Of a stretch of DNA of 64,000 nt, positions 57,939 to 64,000 are shown piece after piece. Source of the stretch: Parcubacteria bacterium C7867-005. GTDB taxonomy: Bacteria > Patescibacteriota > Minisyncoccia > Phycocordibacterales > Zambryskibacteraceae. Under the pieces are notes generated by a model. The model searched no databases. It was not told where the DNA came from and saw only the letters and a list, made by a program, of their open reading frames with translations. Location of the stretch: assembly GCA_001189165.1 (NCBI GenBank), contig LFCO01000001.1, forward strand, positions 84,321 through 148,320, in the 5' to 3' direction. How positions within the stretch are numbered: position 1 is the stretch's first letter; every line of letters starts with the position of its first letter. The translations under genes and the position numbers were made by a program.

Positions 57939-60164
57939 CTAGTTTGCCTTCAAAGGCACCGCGAGCATAGTCCAGCTTCTTGTTGATCCCCAACTCCAAG
58001 ACATGCTTGATGCATTTGGTTTGCTTGAGCCTCCACCGATAACTCCATCACCCAGCCATGTTGTTGTGTTTGTGCGGACATTCCATCTTTCTGATTGAGT
58101 TGTGCTTGCAGTAGGAGTTCCATAAGTGAGTGAGTCACTTTCTCTTGAGAAGACATCAAAAACTAAATCATTTGTTGAGGTTACTATTTCTCCTAGTGAC
58201 GCAGTGTTACCTCTGCCGTTACTAATGAGCATCTGGCCAAATGGAGTTGTTTGATTAACACCAAAATATGAAGCTGATCCCGCTACAAATTTCATGGTTC
58301 CCGTCCATGTAAAGGTAACGCTACCCGTGCCTGTTGGCGGATTTATCAAGTACCACAGTTGTGTTTGTGTCATCACATTACCGTTTGAGAGATACGAAGA
58401 TGTTCCAAGATGGGTTAGATTAAGTCCGTTGTACGTCACTGAAGTTACTTGTCTGTTGGGATTTACGATGCCGGTAGAGACTCCAACCAAGAGGATTCTG
58501 TCTGCCCCTGTCCCTATAGTATGGCTCCAGGTTAAGGTTGTTAGATTTGAATTTCCAGGTACTGAAGTAGAGTTTGATGAGTCGAAGACGATATTTCCAC
58601 TCGAAGGAGGTGGTAGAGGAGCAGCAACACTGAATGTTATTGAATAGTCAGATGTGTTTTCGTTGTTTGATGCATCGAGGCATCGAACATAGTAATTGTA
58701 GCTTTGGCCATCAACTAATCCGATAATTGGTTGTGAGTGATCCAGGTTTCCTGTTGTTAGGAAAGTGTTTGTCATTGAACCATAAGGAGTGTTTGGTGTA
58801 GTGGAGTATCTGCAGGTAGCATTTTCGCTTGTCATCAGACTGATTGTTGTTTGCCTGGTTCCTGCATCAAATATTCCCGAAGGAAATCCACCACTTCTTG
58901 TAGGAGCTGTGGTGTCTGGAATTGTGTTATCGACAATTACATTAATTGTAAATTCCTGTGTGTTCCCTGCCATGTCTCTGGCGGTAGCAGAGACAACATG
59001 TGCTCCAAATGTTGCTGTTGTTGTATTCCAAGATATAGAGTATGGCAAACTCGTGTCTTCAGCGTCGAGGTTATTTCCGTCTAATTTGAATTGAACTCCA
59101 GCAACACTCCTATCATCTGTTGCGGTCGCATTTATGCTTATTGTCCCAGAGACATTTGAATCGTTTGAAGGACTGACTATAGAGACAGTTGGTGAAGTTG
59201 TATCAGGGGCTTGGTTCATCTGCCATCCTGTAAGCCTGGCTAACATCCACCAAAACGCCCTTGCTTTGAGATTACAATTTAGTGGGTCTGAGTGAGCACA
59301 TACGGCAACATTCGGTGCTGCTCTAAAGGCGCAAAGATCATTCACTTCTTCAGGATGTGAATCGCACCATTCAACGGCCCAATAAGTTTCCTCGTCCCAT
59401 AGACTTCCTGACCCGTCGCTGTCATAACGGGTGCTATCTCTTGAGAGTCTTGTCATATACTCACCTCCTGATGGGTCGTAGCTTTCTATGTCTGCATAAT
59501 CGTAAAGTATTCTGTCTGTCCCACGGACGAAATTTCTTATCTGTTCATTTCTTTGGTTTGCATTCCCATTCTCCCCCGTGCCTGATAGGGTGATTGTCAT
59601 ATAGACAAATTTGACATCCGGATAGTCAGTTTCTAGCTGTGACATCAGATTAAGGTATGTGTTGATGTCAGCTTCTGTAGAACTTTCTCCGTGACCACTC
59701 CATGCCCACATAACGACATTTCTATTGTTGTTTGGGTCGTCTAGGTGTCGTCTGGTTGCGTAATACCATGCTGTCCTATCGGGGTTAGCTAGGTTGTTTG
59801 CTTCTGGCCATGTCCGCATACTCCATAGTGACAGGACTCCAGCTGGTAGTTGGGAGCGATAATCATCACAGTACTGGTAGATGTCGTTTCCTGGGTTGTA
59901 ACCACTACATTCAATAGCCATTTCTATGGTTTGGCCCTGGAGCATGTTTGTACCAGTTATAAGCTGGCCACCATGAGAAGAGTGCCCGTAGTCTATTCTA
60001 AAGCTATTTTTTGCTTGTTGTATTACAGAATCGGGTATATTTTCAAAATCAGTAATAGATGTATGGTCAGCTATAAGGGCAGAGGCAGAATTAGGAATAA
60101 GTGTTAGGCACAACAACAGAAATAAACCAGACACAACATTTGAAATGTTCGTACTTTTTTGCAT
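57939..60164 (-). CDS. Large secreted multidomain protein (SGNH-like N-domain, Ig-like/Big domains, C-terminal beta-sandwich)
   Basis: Signal peptide; YGHSSHGGQ...VVMWAW...YP.VKFVYMT...LYDYADIES; DTTSPTVSI.SP...VAGVQFKLDG Ig-like module; Pro-rich linker. Confidence 0.75.
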   Translation of the reverse strand: MQKSTNISNVVSGLFLLLCLTLIPNSASALIADHTSITDFENIPDSVIQQAKNSFRIDYGHSSHGGQLITGTNMLQGQTIEMAIECSGYNPGNDIYQYCDDYRSQLPAGVLSLWSMRTWPEANNLANPDRTAWYYATRRHLDDPNNNRNVVMWAWSGHGESSTEADINTYLNLMSQLETDYPDVKFVYMTITLSGTGENGNANQRNEQIRNFVRGTDRILYDYADIESYDPSGGEYMTRLSRDSTRYDSDGSGSLWDEETYWAVEWCDSHPEEVNDLCAFRAAPNVAVCAHSDPLNCNLKARAFWWMLARLTGWQMNQAPDTTSPTVSIVSPSNDSNVSGTISINATATDDRSVAGVQFKLDGNNLDAEDTSLPYSISWNTTTATFGAHVVSATARDMAGNTQEFTINVIVDNTIPDTTAPTRSGGFPSGIFDAGTRQTTISLMTSENATCRYSTTPNTPYGSMTNTFLTTGNLDHSQPIIGLVDGQSYNYYVRCLDASNNENTSDYSITFSVAAPLPPPSSGNIVFDSSNSTSVPGNSNLTTLTWSHTIGTGADRILLVGVSTGIVNPNRQVTSVTYNGLNLTHLGTSSYLSNGNVMTQTQLWYLINPPTGTGSVTFTWTGTMKFVAGSASYFGVNQTTPFGQMLISNGRGNTASLGEIVTSTNDLVFDVFSRESDSLTYGTPTASTTQSERWNVRTNTTTWLGDGVIGGGSSKPNASSMSWSWGSTRSWTMLAVPLKAN

Positions 60165-60262
60165 TATCTAAGTTAATACTCAATGTCTAGGCCTGTCAAC
60201 AAAACCTAAATTGAGCTATATAGGCATAAATATGTCAATTTTAAACACATTATAAAAGAATG

Positions 60263-60292
60263 AGGGCCCCGACACGCGAGTGTCGGGGCCCT
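60263..60292 (-). terminator. Terminator of unit 10 (GGCCCCG hairpin family)
   Basis: AGGGCCCCGACAC-(GCGA/TCGC)-GTGTCGGGGCCCT, followed by CATTCTTTT on the minus strand. Confidence 0.8.
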
Positions 60293-60315
60293 GTTAGTTC
60301 ATGGCTGACTGCCTA

Positions 60316-60768
60316 TCAGCCCTTGCCACCTTCGAACGGAACGATGATGACCTTGACGCTATCCTTCTGGGTCGGATCGATCCGCGATCGGAAGTGGAAC
60401 CAGCTGATTCCGATCTGACCCTCCGGGGTGAGCTCCCAGACCTCATAGTGGGTCACCGACTCCTTGTAGCCGTTGCCGATCGGGGTGACGTTCGTGTAGT
60501 TCCCCTCGGACCGCTTCATCGCCGACACGAAATCGTCGTTCGTCCTGACCATGATCACGTCGGCGTCATCCGTCGAGTTCCGCCCGATGACGGTACTCTG
60601 GATGAAGACGTACCCGTTCGTATTCACGGGCATGATCAGGGCAGGTTCGCCCGCCGAGACCGCGACTGCGATCCGCTCCTTCGGCTCTGTCGGGCTGTCA
60701 CCGCAGGCCGTGGTGGCCATGGTGACAGCAGCGAGCAAGATCACGGGCAACAAACGCAAGTACTTCAT
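60316..60768 (-). CDS. GC-rich lipoprotein (unit 10)
   Basis: Promoter TTGACA-17-TAGTGT (60848-60820); leader CAGTACACCCACCCCGTGAGCCT-GGAGG-CTCTGAC-ATG; signal ...MATTA-C-GDSPTEP. Confidence 0.8.
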   Translation of the reverse strand: MKYLRLLPVILLAAVTMATTACGDSPTEPKERIAVAVSAGEPALIMPVNTNGYVFIQSTVIGRNSTDDADVIMVRTNDDFVSAMKRSEGNYTNVTPIGNGYKESVTHYEVWELTPEGQIGISWFHFRSRIDPTQKDSVKVIIVPFEGGKG

Positions 60769-60851
60769 GTCAGAGCCTCCAGGCTCACGGGGTGGGTGTA
60801 CTGCGGCACTTCTACCTGAACACTAGCATATTATACCACTAATGTCAAGTA

Positions 60852-62264
60852 CTACTTTGTGTGCTTAATATGGAGTTCGTTTAATTGTTTTTCAGAGACT
60901 TCTGACGGAGAGTCCATCATCGGGTCTTTGCCTTCGCCAGTTTTAGGAAACGCGATCACTTCGCGGATATTCGGTTCACCCTGTAGAAGCATCACTAATC
61001 GGTCGAAGCCCCATGCGATACCACCGTGTGGTGGTGTTCCAGAAGCAAATGCCTTGAGCATGTGACCAAAGTTCCCTTCTATCTGTTCATCTTTGTAACC
61101 TAAAATATTGAATACAGAACGAAGTGCCTCTGGCTCATGATTTCTAATACTGCCACCACCGATTTCAAAGCCATTCAATGTGATGTCGTATTGAGCAGCG
61201 ACTATCTTGTCTATGTTTTCTTGATTTTTGACCCAGTCTCTATGTTCGGGTATAGATGCAGAAAATGGATTATGAGTGAATGTCCACGCACCACCGGTCT
61301 CATTGTGATCTGCGGTTTTAGTGCTCTCAAAGAAAGGAAAATCTATGACCCAACAAAATGCGAGCAGGTTTGGGTCTTCCTTATTCTCCCTGACGTCTGG
61401 CCTATCGTTACCATATTTTTCCATCGCATCCTTATAAGAGATTCTAGGGAATGGTACCTGCTGTATTCTTTTTTCAGGGTAAAGCTTAGTAACTACTTCG
61501 ATAAGTAGTTTTTCGTTTAGATTCATCACATCTTCCTGTGTGACAAAACTCATCTCTAAATCGAGCTGGGTAAATTCAGGTTGACGATCCCCTCTTGTAT
61601 CCTCGTCCCTCATACATCTGGCTATCTGGAAATACCTCTCGAGTCCAGCGGTCATCAGTAGCTGTTTGTATTGCTGCGGTGATTGTGGAAGTGCATAAAA
61701 TTTACCTGGATAGAGTCTAGACGGGACGATATAGTCCCTGGCTCCTTCTGGGGTTGATTTGGTCAACAAAGGTGTTTCTATTTCAATAAAATTTTCTTTA
61801 TCCAAGAAATCCCTTACGAGTTTGGCGACCCTGTGTCTCATCAAGAGATTTTTTTGTAATCTTGGTCTGCGTAGGTCTAGGTATCTATAGGTTAAACGGC
61901 TCTCCTCGTTTATCTCCTTACCATCTCCACCTACGTCAAAGGCCGGTGTCTCTGCTCTATTCAATACATTTATAGAAAGTACCTCTAGCTCGATGTCTCC
62001 GTTAGCTTCGCCAATCTTTTTGTTTTTTTCTGGACGTTCGTTTGCTTTGCCAGTAATTTCCACTACCCATTCAGGTCTGACTTCTTTGGCTACTTCGATC
62101 GCTTCAGTTTGGTTTGGTAAGACAACGCTTTGAACCTTGCCCGATACATCTCTCACATCCAAGAAGACCATCTTGCCCTGGTCTCTCCTGATGTCTATCC
62201 AGCCAGAGACACTAACTTCTGTGCCTTTGAGTTCGCTTAAATCCTTTATGTAAGTTCGCTTCAT
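60852..62264 (-). CDS. aspS: Aspartyl-tRNA synthetase (compact, no GAD insertion)
   Basis: RYLDLRR, STPEGARDY, ALPQSPQ.YKQLLM, YFQIARC.RDED.R.DRQPEFTQLD.E, PPHGG.A.G.DR. Confidence 0.96.
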   Translation of the reverse strand: MKRTYIKDLSELKGTEVSVSGWIDIRRDQGKMVFLDVRDVSGKVQSVVLPNQTEAIEVAKEVRPEWVVEITGKANERPEKNKKIGEANGDIELEVLSINVLNRAETPAFDVGGDGKEINEESRLTYRYLDLRRPRLQKNLLMRHRVAKLVRDFLDKENFIEIETPLLTKSTPEGARDYIVPSRLYPGKFYALPQSPQQYKQLLMTAGLERYFQIARCMRDEDTRGDRQPEFTQLDLEMSFVTQEDVMNLNEKLLIEVVTKLYPEKRIQQVPFPRISYKDAMEKYGNDRPDVRENKEDPNLLAFCWVIDFPFFESTKTADHNETGGAWTFTHNPFSASIPEHRDWVKNQENIDKIVAAQYDITLNGFEIGGGSIRNHEPEALRSVFNILGYKDEQIEGNFGHMLKAFASGTPPHGGIAWGFDRLVMLLQGEPNIREVIAFPKTGEGKDPMMDSPSEVSEKQLNELHIKHTK

Positions 62265-62288
62265 ATTATTTATAGTGAGCTTGTTGAA

Positions 62289-63245
62289 TTATTCGTGGTG
62301 GATTAATCCAACTTTATTCCTCACATCCATCATTTTTTCATGTACTATCTCTCTCATTTTTTTGCCCCCTTCAGATATGATCTGGTCTACTTCGTCTGGT
62401 TTAGCTTCCCATTCGGCTCTTCGCTCACGAAATGGAGTGATGAAAGCTATCAAGTCTTTGGCCAGCGCATCTTTCAGGTCTTTGTACTTACCTTTTCTCT
62501 CTGCATAAAGGTCTTTTAGTTCTTCGGCTGATTTTATGAGGTTGTGTATAGCATAAACATTTTCTGGGGTATCGCTCCCAGAATCAGTGACGATAGACAT
62601 AACCTTCTTTTTAATCTCACTATCCTCATCAAATAAACCAATGTAGTTGTTGTAGCTCTTGCTCATTTTCTGACCATCTGTGCCAGGCACGGTTTCTACC
62701 GTTTTGATCACAAGCTCCTGTGGCTCTTTGAAAGTTTCTCCAAAGATGTTGTTGAAGTCGCGGGCCACTTCTCTGGTGATCTCTACATGCTGGATTTGAT
62801 CTTTGCCCACAGGCACGACATCGGCATCGGGTGCCAGTATGTCAGCCGCCATAAGTAGTGGATAGTTAAAGGTACCGACGTTTAGATCTTTGTTTTTTGC
62901 TTCAGCATCTTTGAATGCGTGCGCACGCATGAGTTCTGGCATAGTTGTAAGGCAGGAAAAAATCCAAGCAAGTTCTGTGACATGCGGTACATCTGACTGG
63001 TAGTAGAGAGTGGTCCGCTCTGGATCTATGCCTATCCCCAGAAAGTCGAGGATTACTTCCTTGCTGTTTCGCTCCATCTCTCCTTTGTCCTGGAGGGTAG
63101 TCAGGGCATGTAGGTTAGCCACAAAAATCCTTGATTCATAGGAGTCTTGTAGGTCTACGAACTGCTTCATCGCCCCAAAGTAGTTGCCTATATGTGGCCT
63201 ACCAGTTGGTTTGACCCCTGATACGAGTATTTTTTTGTCAGCCAT
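62289..63245 (-). CDS. trpS: Tryptophanyl-tRNA synthetase
   Basis: SGVKPTG..HIGNY.GA, YPLLMAADIL, VPVG.DQ.QH, KMSKS. Confidence 0.97.
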   Translation of the reverse strand: MADKKILVSGVKPTGRPHIGNYFGAMKQFVDLQDSYESRIFVANLHALTTLQDKGEMERNSKEVILDFLGIGIDPERTTLYYQSDVPHVTELAWIFSCLTTMPELMRAHAFKDAEAKNKDLNVGTFNYPLLMAADILAPDADVVPVGKDQIQHVEITREVARDFNNIFGETFKEPQELVIKTVETVPGTDGQKMSKSYNNYIGLFDEDSEIKKKVMSIVTDSGSDTPENVYAIHNLIKSAEELKDLYAERKGKYKDLKDALAKDLIAFITPFRERRAEWEAKPDEVDQIISEGGKKMREIVHEKMMDVRNKVGLIHHE

Positions 63246-63290
63246 TGTAGGCATCATTCTATCAATAAAATAAGCCTATTTCAAAGAAAT

Positions 63291-64000
63291 TTATTTGTTC
63301 GCAGGGAATTCTATATAGAATGTTGAGCCCTTGTCCTTTCCTTCTGATTCTGCCCAGGTTCGTCCTCCATGTGCCTCTACTACACCCTTCACAAACACCA
63401 ATCCGTAGCCGGTGCTGTTAATGTTGACCTTCAAAGAATCTTTGCCTCTACCACCCCTGGTAAATAGTTTTTTCATATCCTCTGGAGTAATGCCCATGCC
63501 CGTATCCGTTATCGTCAAGAGCATCTTTTTCTCTTTGTGAGTTAAATGTACTTTCAGACCACCTTTTGGTGTATATCTGATCGAGTTATCAATGAGGTTT
63601 CTTATTGCTTCTCTAAGCTGCACCCCGTCACCGATCATCCTATAATCACCCTCGTCTATAGTCACCTCCAAAGAAAGGCCAGCGCTGTCAGCTTTTTCTT
63701 TTTGCTTAGTCGCTGTTTCTGTCACTATCGCGCCGATTTCTATTGGATTCTTGGCATAAACCAATTTACCTGTTTCTGCACTTGAGCCATTCAAAACTTG
63801 CTGAACAAATCCTACACCTTCGGTCAAAGACTCTAATCCCTCCTTGATCATGGGTTTAGCCGATTCGTTTATTGGGCCGTATGATGGTTCCTCGAGAAGC
63901 TCTGCAAAAATATTCCTTGATTTGGATAGGTAGCTCTTGATCTGGTGATTCATGATGTGAATTAGGTTTGCCTGTCCATCATTTGCTACTTGTAAATGCT
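63291..64000 (-). CDS. Sensor histidine kinase, 5' end outside window
   Basis: H-box-like NHQIK, NLIDNSI.YT, DTGMGI, TGYGL, S.G..KGSTF; frame open to the window edge. Confidence 0.9.
   Translation of the reverse strand, partial: HLQVANDGQANLIHIMNHQIKSYLSKSRNIFAELLEEPSYGPINESAKPMIKEGLESLTEGVGFVQQVLNGSSAETGKLVYAKNPIEIGAIVTETATKQKEKADSAGLSLEVTIDEGDYRMIGDGVQLREAIRNLIDNSIRYTPKGGLKVHLTHKEKKMLLTITDTGMGITPEDMKKLFTRGGRGKDSLKVNINSTGYGLVFVKGVVEAHGGRTWAESEGKDKGSTFYIEFPANK

Noticed and set aside
4721-60848. GC-rich units as integron cassettes, prophage or IS cargo
   Set aside because: They are dispersed rather than arrayed and carry their own promoters. I saw no attC RYYYAAC/GTTRRRY boundaries, target-site duplications, integrase, transposase or phage structural genes in the window.
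1-64000. Diversity-generating retroelement, retron or self-splicing intron
   Set aside because: No reverse transcriptase, no template/variable repeat pair and no interrupted core gene was detected by eye.

Overview
A ~40% GC bacterial chromosome segment whose gene content (compact aminoacyl-tRNA synthetases, mre and split dcw clusters, a VirD4/TraD-like ATPase, SWIB and Gmad2 proteins, almost no metabolic genes) points to a Patescibacteria/CPR organism, probably Parcubacteria-like (inferred). It holds about 60 native genes and one tRNA-Glu(CTC). I found no CRISPR array, integrase or transposase. The main observation is a two-tier gene architecture. Native genes are AT-rich, generally lack Shine-Dalgarno (SD) sites and are often leaderless, with the -10 box 6-7 nt before the start codon. 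Scattered among them are 10 stand-alone transcription units (12 genes, about 7.5 kb, roughly 55-62% GC by spot count). Each has an AT-rich native-style sigma70 promoter, a C/A-rich leader (often CCACCCC or ACCCCAAACC), a GGAG(G)-type SD, G/C-ending codons and its own terminator hairpin; four terminators share GGCCCCG..GGGGCC. Products include a probable outer-membrane beta-barrel, two lipoproteins (one a metzincin), an SPFH protein and small orphans. My hypothesis, which is inference only, is that these genes are transcribed by the episymbiont but tuned for translation or function in a high-GC diderm host. Repeated horizontal transfer from the host is the main alternative.
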